A stretch of 64,000 nt of DNA from NCBI RefSeq assembly GCF_018350175.1, contig NC_058369.1, positions 21,702,001 to 21,766,000 on the forward strand. The letters run 5' to 3'. The notes beneath the pieces were generated by a model, which ran no database searches, had not been told where the DNA came from, and saw only the letters and a program-made list of their open reading frames with translations. This DNA comes from Felis catus (lineage: Eukaryota). Of the stretch, positions 12,344 to 24,900 are shown in pieces. The translations under genes were made by a program, and so were the position numbers. Numbering within the stretch: position 1 is the stretch's first letter; every line of letters begins with the position of its first letter.

Positions 12344-13905
12344 GTGAGTGAGGGCCGGGACCGGACGAGGGAGCCGGGCTACCCTTAGGGCGCGCCGCCC
12401 CTCCCTTCCCCCTCTCCAATCCGGTTCTCGTTTCCAAAACTGAGAAACTGAGCCGCGGCCAGCGAAAGTCCCCGCCGCGCTCCGAGACCCGCCGGTGCCT
12501 CCGTCCCCGGTCCGTCGGTTTGTCCCTCCGTTCAGCGGTACGGGCCGAGGCCCTCTCGTTGGTCTGCTCCCGGCCCCTCTACCCGCCAGTATGTCCCTAG
12601 ACCCTCCGAGCGTCCGCCCGTCCCCGTCGATTCCCTGGGGCCCTCGGTCGGTCCATCTGCCCCCACCCCCTCTTGTGTTCCCGCGTCCGCGTCTTCCTAA
12701 TCTTGATCTGTCTGTCCTTAGACCTCTGCGTGCCCCACCCCCACCGCACCTCCCGCCGCCCCTGGATCCCGTCCTCCCAGAGCCGCGCCCCCAACCCACG
12801 CTCGTCGCCCCCTGCCGGTCCCGCCGCCTCTCCTTTTCTACCGCGGAGCAGAAGCCAGGCCGCCTGCCTTGCCTCGCCGCCCGCCCCTGGGTCCCTGCCC
12901 GGCCCAGCCGGAGCGGCGCCTCCGTCTCGCTCGCTCTCTCCTTTCAGTCTGGGTGTCTCTCTCGGTCTTTCTCCATCTGTCTCCGGCTGGGCGTGGCTCC
13001 AGTCTCCACCATCCCCCTTACCGCCCCACCCCTCCGCCCCTCTGAGCCCCCTCGCCTAGAGGCCCCTTCCAGGTCCCGTCGGTCCTAGCCCCTCCGCAAT
13101 TCAGACGCCACCCCTCCCCCGGTGGGTCCCGGCCAGGTGAGGGGAGAGAGTGGAGGAGATTCGGGGTGAAGAGGCTGGAGGTGGGCACCGTCAGAACTGT
13201 CCTACTTCTCTGACTCTCATTTCCTCCCGTGAGAAGGGAGAGCCCCACTAAGCCCCCCACTCACACCTGGTCAGAAGGATTTGCTGTGCGTAAGAGCATC
13301 CCCTTCTCCTCTGGTCCCTACCCTATACGGTTGGACTTGACTCCTTGTAGTGAGTTGCCTGTATCTGGACATGTAGGTACATTGTGTGTCTGTGTCTGCC
13401 TGTGTGTTCTTTGTCACTGTGTCTGGAACTTGCCTCTGTGGTCTTTTCCCACCTGTGTGCCTTTCCTATGTACATGTGTGTATGTCTGTGTGTCCTGAGG
13501 CTCTGCGTGCCCTTCGCAACTCTGTGTGCACTATGTCTTGGTGTGTCCTTTATCACCAGACTCCTGTCAATGTGTTGGGGTGTGTGTGTGTCTTTGAGTG
13601 CCTATGTGTCCCTTGTGTGTCTGGACAGTCCTATGTTGTACACTGGGCGTGCCATGGTGACCCACTGGCCAAATACATTTGAGCTGTTAGTTTTGGGAGC
13701 CTGTGTTAGAGTGTTAGCCCACCAGGCTCATGTGTGTGTCTGAGTGTGGGTATGTGTGTAACACTCATTCTTCCTCTCCCTCTGCTACTGAGCCTCTGTG
13801 ACCAGGCTGACCTGGTCACCAAGGGAGGGGACTGGTCCCTTGAGTTTCCTTGTTCCTGCTGTGGATTGAGTTGGGGTGCGGTGGACAGGCCGGTAGAGGG
13901 CAGTC

Positions 13906-13909
<4 letters not shown>

Positions 13910-13944
<35 letters not shown>

Positions 13945-13952
13945 TGTGTGTG
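13910..13952. repeat. (TG)n microsatellite within a TG-rich low-complexity stretch (~13380-14230)
   Basis: Direct observation. Confidence 0.9.
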
Positions 13953-15132
13953 ATGTAGAGGTGTTTGGACAGCTATACCTAGCTATAGGCTGGTATAAGG
14001 GATCTGGTGTGTTCAGAACTGTGGCTGGGCGAGACTGGTGAGTGTGTGACTGGTGGGAGACTCACAGTCTGACTATGAAACTGCCAGTCTGTGTGCTAGG
14101 GAGTCCCTGTGATTGTAGGGAACCGAGAGTGTGGTGCCTGCGCCCCGAGGTGACAGTGCTGGGCAGGAAGGTGAGAGCCCCAGTGTGTGTGAGCATGTGG
14201 GAGGCTGTGAGGGTGTGGATGTGCACGGGGCACCTCAAGGCCAGCCCTGGTTCCTGGGGAGTTGGGGAAGGCCTCTATCTCTTGCCTTCCTCTGCTCCCC
14301 CAAGTTGAAGGATACCCGAGGGCAAGTCTTTGGGTTTGCAGTGCTGTGACCAAGACCTAGGGCTCAAATACTCACTGTGCCTCTTACGGGCGCAAGACTG
14401 GGGCTAGGCCTCTCTAAGACTGAGTCCCCTTACCTGCAGAATGGAGAAAGTTGCTGTGAGGACTTGAGGTCCTGTGTCAACAGTCCTCTAACACAGGCTT
14501 GCTTGTCAGAGCTCAGCACATGCTAAGTCTTATTTGGAGACCACTCCCCCCTGCCTACTCTATGGTCTCCATTTTCCTGAGAGCTGGGCTAATAAAAGCC
14601 TAGATAGTCCCCCACCCAGTTTCTGTTCTGTGATGTGTCTGGTGCCCCCTCCCGTGCCCTTTACCAGACTGCTTTCGGAAGGGCGAGGGCTGGCAGAGAC
14701 CCCAGCAGCCTTATTCAGCCCACTTGACACCTGCCCAGTCTCAGCAACACTGATGGGGAAGAAGGGGCTGGCGGGGGGGGGGGTGATTTGGAGCTTGACT
14801 GCAGGATGCTGACACCATTTAGCTGCCACGGCTAATTGGAGTTTAAATTAAAATTAGAAATAAAGTACAGACAAGCCTGAGGATGCCTCAGTCCCTAGGG
14901 TGCGGTGATGGGGGTCTTCAGTGGGAGGAGGAGCTTACATCTTGGGGAGAGGAATCTTTTGTGGAGGCCCAGGCCTTTCAGCCAGGAGACCTGGGACACC
15001 TTGCTGCCATTGCCATTCCTTCCTTCTAGGATCTCTCTGGGCCTCGTTTTTTTCAGCTGTATAATGGGCACAATATTAATGTGAGAATCACCTGAGCTAA
15101 AAGGTGTAAAACAAAGAATAAAAAAGTGTCAT

Positions 15133-15322
15133 GAGGCACCTGGGTGGCTCAGTTGGTTGAGCATCCAACTTCTGATATCAGTTCAGGTCGTGATCTCCTT
15201 GTTCAGAATCGAGCCCCTCGTAGCACTCCGTGCTCAGCATGGAGCCTGCTTAAGATTCTCTCTCTCCCTCTCTCTCTCTGCCCCCTCTTTCAAAATAAAT
15301 AAATAAAAATTTTTTTTAAAAA
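15133..15322 (+). mobile_element. CAN-SINE
   Basis: gcacctgggtggctcagttggttgagc head, (CT)n, AAATAAATAAA tail. Confidence 0.85.
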
Positions 15323-15841
15323 TGTCACTATTCATTTGGTACTCCCAAGGTGAGTCTAGCACAGGAGCTATATCATGCCGCATCACTGGGGCCTCAGAAC
15401 CACCTGGAGAGATGTAGTCTCCTCATTTTAAAGATAAGATAAACCGAGGCTCAGGGAAATTACCCCAGGCCACAGAGCAGTGGCTCCCCCAATTGCCACT
15501 AGGTCTCCTAAGTCATAGGGCAACCTCTTGCAGACAGGAAGATTAGGACAACCTCGGGCGGACAGTGGGAGCTTTCTTGCTGCATCTGTAGTCTGGAAAT
15601 GCTCTGAGGGCTGAGACACAGCGATCCAACCCCTAGCGTGGAGAGGACACGGGGCCGGTGCCCTGGAGAAGTTGGGCCCAACACTCCACTTCACAGAAGA
15701 GAAAACTGGGTCCAAAGAGGCTGAGGCCTCAGAGCCAGATGGGGCTGAGCCAGGCCTGCGTTGGTTGTTCTGGGGCTGACTGATGGGGAAAGCCTGTTTG
15801 GCAGTGCCTCCCAGCTCAGCTGTTGCCTCTTGTTCCTGCAG

Positions 15842-15955
15842 GTCTGCCTGGAACTGGCCCAGGTGAGGGCAGCGGACCTACTTCTGGTGGTGGTAGTGTG
15901 GCGGTGGCCGCGGCGGGAGCCAGGACTGAGTGCAAGGCGGAGCCAGGAGCCCCAG
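15842..15955 (+). other. PRKCD: PRKCD exon 2 (5' UTR, 114 nt)
   Basis: Acceptor tgcctcttgttcctgcag|, donor CAG|GTAAGA, local CpG enrichment; size matches the recalled small non-coding exon 2 of mammalian PRKCD. Confidence 0.75.
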
Positions 15956-18900
15956 GTAAGACTGGATCCTCCTAGACAGATGGACATATGGACAGTGTGC
16001 CGGGGTGGCCTTCCTCTTTGGGTTCCTCCCCATCTGCTGGGGCTGGGGCTGGGGCTGGGGCTGGGGCTGGGTCGGGTAGGGGAAGGGTCACACAGAGTCC
16101 CTGGGTTGAGTGAGGGGCCTGGGTGCCCAGAGCAGGCAGCAGTTGGCCTTGCCTATGAGGGCTCCCTGCCTGACACTGGCTCTTGGCCCAGGGAAGACTG
16201 TGGCCTTGGAGCTCAGAGGCCTGGGGCCCACCGGCCGTCTGGGGTGAGGAGGGGTGACATTTTGCTAGTCAGTTAGAAAGAAGGCGGGGCATGTGCCAAG
16301 GGTTCAGGGTGGATGTATCAGCTTTTCTATGGTCTCTTGTCTCTGCCTCAGGCTGTTCTCATCATCTCACAGGGAAACTGAGGTTTCCCCTGGGCCCCAC
16401 AGTGCGTTGGACACCAAACTGAGAATGGAATGAGGTCTCTCCTGAGTTCTTTTCCACATCCCAGTTCCCTCATTTGCCCATCTTCTCTGGGGTGAAGGAG
16501 AGATACACAATTCTCCCCCCCAGCCTCCAGATTCTGGGTGAGTTAGGCAGTCTCTAAGTAATACTGGGGAAGGCTGCACTCAGGCTCCTTATAAAGCTAA
16601 AGATTCCTTCTTTTGGGGCCAGACCTCCTTCCTTCTGCCCTCATTATAATGAAAACAGCCCTGAGAGTTACCTATCGAATGTCCAAAGTTCAGTGGATAA
16701 GATTCTGGGGTGTGATTGGGGGGGGGTTGCTGAGGACACTTGGAACCTAGGGAGTGACAGTGGGGAGGGGTGGCAAAGGTGGTCTTTCCTCAGGGAGGCC
16801 TCCCTGATCAACCCCTGCTCCTGCCCCTACTGCCCCACTCCCGCCCCTACTGGTATCTACAGGTTTTTGGGGGGCAGCAGGGGTGGGGGGTGGTGGTGAA
16901 TAGATCAGTGGGGGCTGTGCTCTCGGAGCTTAACTTGGAGGGGAAGGAGGGCAGGAGGGCAGGGCCCTGGCTCCTGGGATGGGAGTGGGGGCTAAACAAG
17001 GGGAGGGTCATCATTGGGTCTGCTGTTTATTCAACTTACCATCAAACCTGGTGAGGGGAGGAGGTGACGTGTCCTTGGCGGGCTGGAGGCCTCTGCTACC
17101 TGAGGTCAGGGACCCACCCACTCCCAGCACTGAGCCTCATTCCCTAAGAAATTCAACCAATTAGTCTTGGAGCCAGCCCACTTTCAAAGCTCAAACCTCA
17201 CCTCCCAGCCGGCGCAGACACAGATATGCTCACACAGGGATATAGAAACTGAGCTGCCCTCTGTGCCCAGGCCTGCACACCCTCAAGTGTCCACACACGC
17301 ACCACACATGCGCACACACATCCACAGGCATGCTCAAACACGCATTCGGGTGCTCGGCCAGTCACCCTTGCATTCAGAAGCCTGCCCACACACACCACAC
17401 TGCCCATCCTGGGTCAGGAAATGGGGTCCTTGGTCAGGGTCACAACCCAGCCTGCGTCTGGCACTGAGGGTGAGGTTTGAGGTGTGGTTGTGACCACAGG
17501 TGCTCCAGGGGGCTGGGCCACACCAGGAGGTGGGCTCTGCCTGCCCAGGCATTCACCAGCCGTCCTGCTCACCTGGGCCAGATCCCCCCCGCCCCCCCCC
17601 CCCCCCCCGGCTGACCAGGACTCAGTAGGGGGTGGGGGGAGGGACGATGGGGGACAACTTCAGCTGTGCTGGCACCGTTTGTGGCTGCTGCCGCAGAGGA
17701 GGAAGTGGGCTGCCTGTGGTCATGGGGCTAAGGTGCTCGAAGGTGGGTGGGGGTCCAATCAGTTCCTCTGTCCCCGCAGTGTCAGTGCCCACAGCGGAGT
17801 TGCTGGGCTCTGGCGACTGGGAGGCAAGCAGGGTACTTCTCCCAGGGCGGTCTGTACACTTTCCAAGGCCTGGGCCCAGGGAGAGATCTGTCCATCCGAG
17901 GTGTTTCCGGAGGCTCACTTCCCTTGGGCTGCCCAGGAAGTGGTTTCAGAGTGGGACTGACCAGCCCTCCGGCTGTGGCCTGCCCCGCCCCGGCCTTGCC
18001 TGTGAGGGGAGCAGGGCCTGGCCAGTGGGTGAGGCTGACTGACCAGGCTTCCCGCTGCCAGGGCTGACCAGGCCTTGACAGAGGCCCGAGGAGAGGGCTC
18101 GGGGAGCTGAGGCTATGAAGTCCCCTGCAACCCCCATCACCCCAGCTCCTCCTTTCCTCTGAGCTCAGAGGCTCAGAGCGCTAACTCTGGCAGGCAGAGC
18201 CGCGTCGCGTGAACTGGCGTCGGCTGGGTTGCGTCTCGGGGATTAGCCGGCTCCAAGCTGTACGAATGAACTTGGACAAGTGGCTTTGATGCCTGGTGCC
18301 TCATCTCTCTTCTCTGACAGATGAGACAATGATAGCATCCATCTTCCTGTGGTTGTGCCGGCAGCTACAGATAATGTATGCAAAGTAGCTAGCATCTTGC
18401 CTGGCACTTTATTAGCGTTTAAGGGGTAGAAACTGGAGTTATGTAAAGCACTTAGCACTCAGTTTGTGGTAACAATCCCCCAACACAGCAAGTGGTACTG
18501 ATGGTGGGGTTATTATCGTCTGAAGGCCTGGGCACTGGCCCAGTGTCACAGGGCCAGGTGGCTGCACAACGCGGCTGAGAAGCCAGGTCTCAGGCTCCTT
18601 CGCTCCCGCTCTGTTCTGCCTCCCGGTGGCAATGCTGCAGGGTGGGGAGGGTACGTTCCATGTCCTCTGAGGAGAGGAGCTGCAGGGCGGAGCAGCTGTG
18701 CCCACTCAGCAGCCCAGCCCCCTCACTCCCTTTCAAAGGGAGGAAAATAGATCTCATGACAAATGGATGCAGGGAAGAGAAAGGCAGCTGCCTGCTGCCC
18801 CCTCAGCCTCCCCTGGGCCCCTTCCCTGACTCTGGTCCCCTGCGGGACGTTGGGCCTGGAGAAACTGACGCTGGTGATGGGGGTGGGTGGGTGGTGAGCC

Positions 18901-21900
18901 CTCCTGCCAGACTGCCTGCCCTTTGGACCCCTGGAGTCAGCCTGTGGACTGGGAAGGGGGTAGACATCTGGGGATAGAAACTCCCCCTACACACATGTCC
19001 ATACATACATCCTTGACACGTGGCAGCTGGTGACAGGGACATGCTTGTGCTAGCGACAGGGAGGGGAAGCCCTTTGCTATCCAGGGCCCAGAGGCTGGGG
19101 GCCTCGGGTGTTAGTGTGGTAATGATAGTGGTATTGTAGGCGGGGGCCAGAAGACTGGAGGGCTGGAGATTGGCAGGGGCCTGGGCTAGGAGTTTTGAGT
19201 GAGGGCATATCCTGAAGGTTTAGGAGCAAGACCTCTGCAAGCACCAGACGGACCTGGGTTTGAATTCTCACTTGATATTTACTGGCTGTGTAGTCTTGAG
19301 CCAGTGACTAGACTGCTTTGAGCCTCAGCTGCCTCATCTGTGAAATGGGAAGGTCAAGGAGTTGTCCATTTGAGTCCTGAATGATAAGGAGCCAGTGTGT
19401 GTTTCAGAGGAGGGGCAGGAAGACAGAATAGCAAATGCGGAGACTCCTAAGCGGGAAGGAACTTGGCTGTTCAGGGAACTGAAAGGGGTCACTGTGGCCT
19501 GGGGCAGAGGAGTGAGGGGAAGGCAGTGGCCGAGGAGGTCAGGGAGGGTGGGTCAGGCCCGGGGGAGGCGCCTAGGCTTATTGGGAAGGAAAAGGTAACC
19601 ATTAGGGACTTGGGCAGGGAGTGACGAGATCTGCCTTAGTTGCTGGGGCAGAAGGACTGTGGGGCCAGAGCAGAGGATGGAGAGCAAGCAGGTGCAGAGC
19701 CTGGGGAAGGTGATGGGGTGCTAGGATGGGGACAGCGGTGGACAGAAGAGATGACTTCAGGGTAGAATGCAGCACAGAACTGATGGTGATGCTGTGTGGG
19801 GAGGAGGGTGAACCCCCCACCTCCTCTGGTGTCATGGGGCCAGTGCTGGCCCTGCTAGGAGATGAGGGGACACTTGCGTGGAGGACATGAGGAGGCCTGG
19901 CTCAAGTGCATTTGTGTCTCTAGAGCATGGTGAGCTTCGGGAGGCAGGTGGGCCCACAGGCAGGCCTGGAGTTTGTGGGACCTGAGCTGAAAGCAGAGAC
20001 ATGAGAGTCAAGAGGTAGCGTGCAAGCCTGGGCTGGGGAGGACGGGGTTCGGCGGGTCGTTGGTGGGAAAGTTCAAGAGGCCCTCGGTATGGGGTTGGGA
20101 TGGCTGTCCCTCGAAGGTCCCTGCCAAGGTGCCCAGGAGGGCAGGCTTGTGGTGGCTGAGCCACTGTTTTCACAACAGCCCCGGAAGCTTTGGATCATGT
20201 CACTGGCTTGTTGGGTAAACAGGCACAGTGGAGCGGCTAGATCAGATGCTTGCTTGGTGTGGGCTGCAGGGGCTGGGAGCCCGGACTAGGGTGGAGGGAG
20301 ACAGGAGGATTGCAGGGCCTTCTAGAACTAGGGCTGGAGAAAGCTTGTGGGTCTGAAGTATCAGTACAGGGAGACCGAGGCCCTGAGAGAGACAGCAGCT
20401 AGCCCAGGGTCTGCCAATGGTCTCAGGCTGCCTTTGCCAAGCCTGGTCTTTTCCCAGAGCAGCAGTCCAGAGCAGGGCATTACAGGGGTGGGAGGCTTGA
20501 GAGAGCCCCTTTACCACTGATCCTGGTGACAGGACGGCTGGAAATGGGCAGGGGGGCAGGTGTGGAGAGGCCAGGTGTGAGGGTGGAGGAGGTGATAAGG
20601 ATGATGGTGCCAGGTCTTGCACTCAGCACAGCCTCCTAGGCAGGGCAAGATCACTCCCTTTTACAGACGGGGATGCCAGGGCACCTTCGCCAGGGCACCT
20701 TCACCAGGCTCACAGGGCACCAAGGAGCAGACCAGGTCTGAACTAGACCTGTCCAACCCACACCCAGGCCCCCACTCCTAAGTTCCTGTGTTCATTGCCC
20801 GCCATGGGATGGCACGCCATGGCCCTGCCTCTCTCCCGGCTTCTCCCGATCCCCAGATGGGGAGGCGTCATCCGAGCCCTGCTCCCCTTGTGGTGATGGG
20901 TGGCAAAAGCCTTAGGCGCCCATTTCACCTTCTCCCAAACACAGAGATTAATGTCAACTATGGGGAGAACCATGGGAATCTGGAAGGAGGCCTCTGGGGG
21001 TGCAGAGGGACAAGGTGGAGGAAGTAGACTCGGGGCCCACCTCTTTGGAGGCTGGAGGAGGAACCATTCCCACCCCCAGGCACACAGAGATGCCCTCACC
21101 CCACAGGAGGCCAGGTGGCCAGTTCCAGAGTTAGAACTGGAGGGTCCCCCTCTGCCTCCCCACGGGGCTGCCCCATCGGCTTTGTGGCTTTGGGTGAATT
21201 GCTCTCTTTTTGTTGAGTTCTGCTCAGTGAGCCTGAGCTCCCTGGAGGTCATGTGTGAGGTACCTGGCGTGGCCGTCCCACCTGACAGGTGTGAACCTTC
21301 CCCTCCTTCCGTGTGCCAGGCCTCGGACTGCCACCTGTGACCCCCGGTCTCGTCCTCAGCCTCCGCTGTCCCCTCAGACGGGTGGGCGGGGAGGCCTGCC
21401 CAGTGATGTATGCGACTGGCCCACTTCTTCCTCTGTGCACTTTGGACTTTGCTCTGGGCCAGGAGGGACTTTCTCTGCCTCCTTCCGTGGAGAGGCCCAG
21501 CCTGCCTGACACCCAGCTGCTGTTTCCCTCCTTAGCCGTTGTGCCCCATGGGCTGTGGTCGAAAAGGCTACATTTGGACATTCCTGGTGCCAGACCCTAG
21601 CCAGACGTGTGTGGGTGCTTCCAGACTTGTGTGTTTATCCCTGTGTCTGCCTGGAATATCTCTGTCCATTGTGCTGGTGATACTGTGTGTGCACACAGAT
21701 CTCTCTGTGCTTATGAGTGCATGAGTGTATCGATGTCTGTCAACAGGTGACAGCGGTTGTGGGGGGTGGTGTTTCTCAGTGTGTGTCACTGAGTCATCCT
21801 AGGAGTGTGTATGTGCCTGTGGTTACAACCATCTGTGTGTGTGTCTAACTGCAAGCAGGGTTCCCCATGTGTAACTGTGTGTTTGGGTTGGTGGGTGTGC

Positions 21901-24900
21901 CCGTGTGTGCACACATGTGTGGTTATTCTGGGAAAGACCCTCATGCACCCCCCACCCCAGCTCTTCACAGAGGCCCCCTTGTCCTCAGTCCTGCCGTGAA
22001 GGGGCCTTTGTTTCTCCCTCAGGGGGTACCTGGAACTCTCCCTCTGACTGAGCCCAGGGCTTCCCCAATCCTAGGACTAGCTGAGTGACTCAAGGCCTGG
22101 GCCTGGCATGGACTATGCCCCCAAGAAGGTCCTATCCTCACCCCTCCCCTTACCATGTGCTGGCAGGAGTGAGTGTGAGCCAGTGACAGCCAGGGTCCCA
22201 AGTCTTGCCTCTCAGACCCTTCCAGATCCTCTGACTGGCTGGGCCAGCTGCACCCCTGCACATCTCTCAGATTGAAGCCTGGTCCCCATTCTACCCCAGC
22301 CCCTCTCGCTCCCTTCCACTCACTACCTGAGCAGCGGTCATATCCTCCTCTGTAATTACATATTTATGTGACTGTCCCCCACCTTCCTAGCTGTGAGTTC
22401 CATGGCCGTATGTCTTGTCACTGTGGTGCCTGCTGGCTGGGCCTGAGGAGGGCTGGACTGGGCCTTTGGGACTTAGAGCCCCCACCCCATCGTGTGCAGA
22501 ATTATGTCACCACCTGTACGTGCTTTCCTGGGAAGAGGGTCCACATCTTTCATTGGTTCTCAGGGTATGACCACCCCTTTGCAATTGCAGAGGCTTCACT
22601 CATGCTGCTCAGGCCTCACCTGTGATTCCCACTGGATCCCTGTGGACTGGGTCAGCCTGGCAGAATGACTTTTGAATGTCCCCAGGACATTCATATGTGT
22701 GGCCAGAGCTGAGAAGCCCAAGACAGGGACTGAGACAGTGCCCAGAGAACAGACCCAGGTCCTCAGCATGCACTTCTCAGACAACTGCACAGGGTACCTG
22801 TAGTGAGTACATGAGGCAGGGAAGAAGCTGGCTTCCTGATTCCCCAGGGTTGGCCTTTAGAACTGTCTGGAAGGATATGTAGGAATTCAGGACATTCTGG
22901 CTGAGGGAATAGCATATGTAAAAGAGGGGGCTTAAAAGCGAGACAGGAGTTCACAGAGTAGCCAGAGGTGAGACCTGAGGTGAAGCAAGCCAGGGCCAGG
23001 CTGAGGTCTGGGGTTTCTCCAAGGGCAGTGGGAGCCCAGGACGTTTCATGGGTTGGTGGTGACTGGGGTCGCTGGGGAAAGGGAGGAGAGTCCACTGCAG
23101 TGGTTGGTCTGTGAGGAGCGGGGCAAGAAGGAGCACTCGTGGGGGTTGAGGGTTGGGAGCAAGTGTCTGGACTTGCTCTGGGACTTGGCTATGATCTGAG
23201 ACCGTAGCTGGTCCTCCTCCAAGACAAAGCTGGTCATATGGAGGCTGGGGCACAGGACCTGGTGGAAGGGCCTTAGAGGGGACCTTGCCTAGCCCTTCCC
23301 CTCCCCCACCTCCTGCTCTTCTTGCTGAGCCCATTTCCTGGGTTGTGAAACCCCTGTGGCCTCTCTGACTTGCTTCCGTCTGGGAAGACCATCTGGGGAG
23401 GCCATCCTCCCTGCCAAGCCCGGCTGCCTTGCCCTGTTGCTGCTCTGCCAGGGTCAGCCCTGCTCCATACTACTGATCACACTGCCTTTCACTCGCCTTC
23501 ACTCCCACTCTCTGGGCCTCATGTGTCCTCCCTCCTTCATTCATCCTTTTAGGCCCAAGTGGGCTAGACCTTGAACTACTTCCCAGGCCGGGTCTGTATA
23601 CCGAGGAAATCCTGGGCCGACACTGCCTCCACTTTGCAGCCAACTCCACCCAGCCTTGACTGGCAGCGGGTGGTGCCTTCCATGGGCAGGCGACAGGGGC
23701 TGGCCCCAAGATTGGGCAGATATGTGTGGGAAAGGGTTGCATGGGAGGAGGGCGTCTTCTGCCCCAGCAGCTGCCCCGGCTCTGTTCGCTTGCCTTTCTC
23801 GACCTCAGCCTGCCCCCTCTTATTTCTCTGGCAGATTTTCTGAGGGAGCCTCCATCTATGTTTGCACACACTCCCCAAGAGCCTGGCCAAGACTCTCTTC
23901 TTGGGGCCCCACTTTGCTCCTCGGTCCAGTGGGCGTGTCCCTGTGGCCTATGAGACAGAATCCAGTGCCAGGGAAGGACCGGAGTAGAGGGGCCAGGTCG
24001 GGTCTGGGGACCTGGAGACTCTCACTGCAGGACCTCATTCTTGGTTTCCCCCTCCCTGCAAAGAGGAGATGGGCGGGTCAGTGTCTAAAGGTCCATCTCT
24101 TAGATATGTTTTGACTTAATGGGTTTTATTTTTCACCTTTAACAAAACTGTTATTGAACAAATTACACGCGATTGCTGTGGAAGAGTTAGAAAGTACACT
24201 TCTATTCCGGATGGCACACCTCAGGCCATGTCTCCCACATCACCCCCATTGCTGGGACACACTCACGGGTGTACACGTGGATGTGCAGCATGCACACTTG
24301 TCCTCTGTGCCCCAGGAGTCCTCACCAGTGCGGTCACTCTGCTCACCTCAAGGTTGGCCTCGTCCACTGCCCTGGACGGCCTGGGAGTACATTGCCCTGG
24401 AGGAGGTGACCTGCCTGCTCTGGTCCTGCCCAGCACCACCTTTCCTTACCTCTGGGTGGCTGGTCTAGGGTGGGGTGGGGAGCCGAGTCAGTGGGCCCTC
24501 ATGCCTTGGGACTGGAATCTAGTATGGCCTAGGCTTCCCCAGGTTTTGAGCACCAGAGGCTGGCCCAAGGGGCTGGGATGGGCGGAAAGGTAGAATTCAG
24601 GGGTCTGTACCACCCTCGTACAGAAAAGGAAGAGGTCCTCAAGGTCAGGTCTAGGACTGGCCCAGAGGGGGTTGGGCAGATAGACTCTGATTAAGCACAG
24701 GGCACCACTCTCCTGGTGCCCTTACCCCTCTCCTCGTTTCCTCTGTCCTCAGTGTCTGTGTGTGGTGCTTGGCACATTTATCTGTCTGTACCTTTGCTCC
24801 CTCTTTCCCTTTGTCTCTTCTTCCTGACATGGTATACGGGAAAGAACATCGGCTGCAAGATGCAGGCCTGGATTCAAATCCTTCTACCACTTACTGGCTG

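Larger units (their letters stand above)
11600..13150. promoter_or_regulatory. PRKCD: CpG island / main PRKCD promoter (multiple GC boxes, ETS motif CACTTCCG at 12119-12126)
   Basis: Very CpG-dense GC-rich block; GGGGCGGGG Sp/KLF boxes at ~12018-12075 and CCCCGCCCC at ~12106-12114; located at the 5' end of the gene. Confidence 0.9.

Noticed and set aside
11474..13088. Many long overlapping ORFs on both strands (up to 276 aa)
   Set aside because: Stop-codon scarcity in the CpG island; R/P/G/A-rich with no homology signal.
20677..20708. 14-bp direct repeat ccagggcaccttc x2
   Set aside because: Simple slippage duplication inside a MIR-like remnant; no functional signal.
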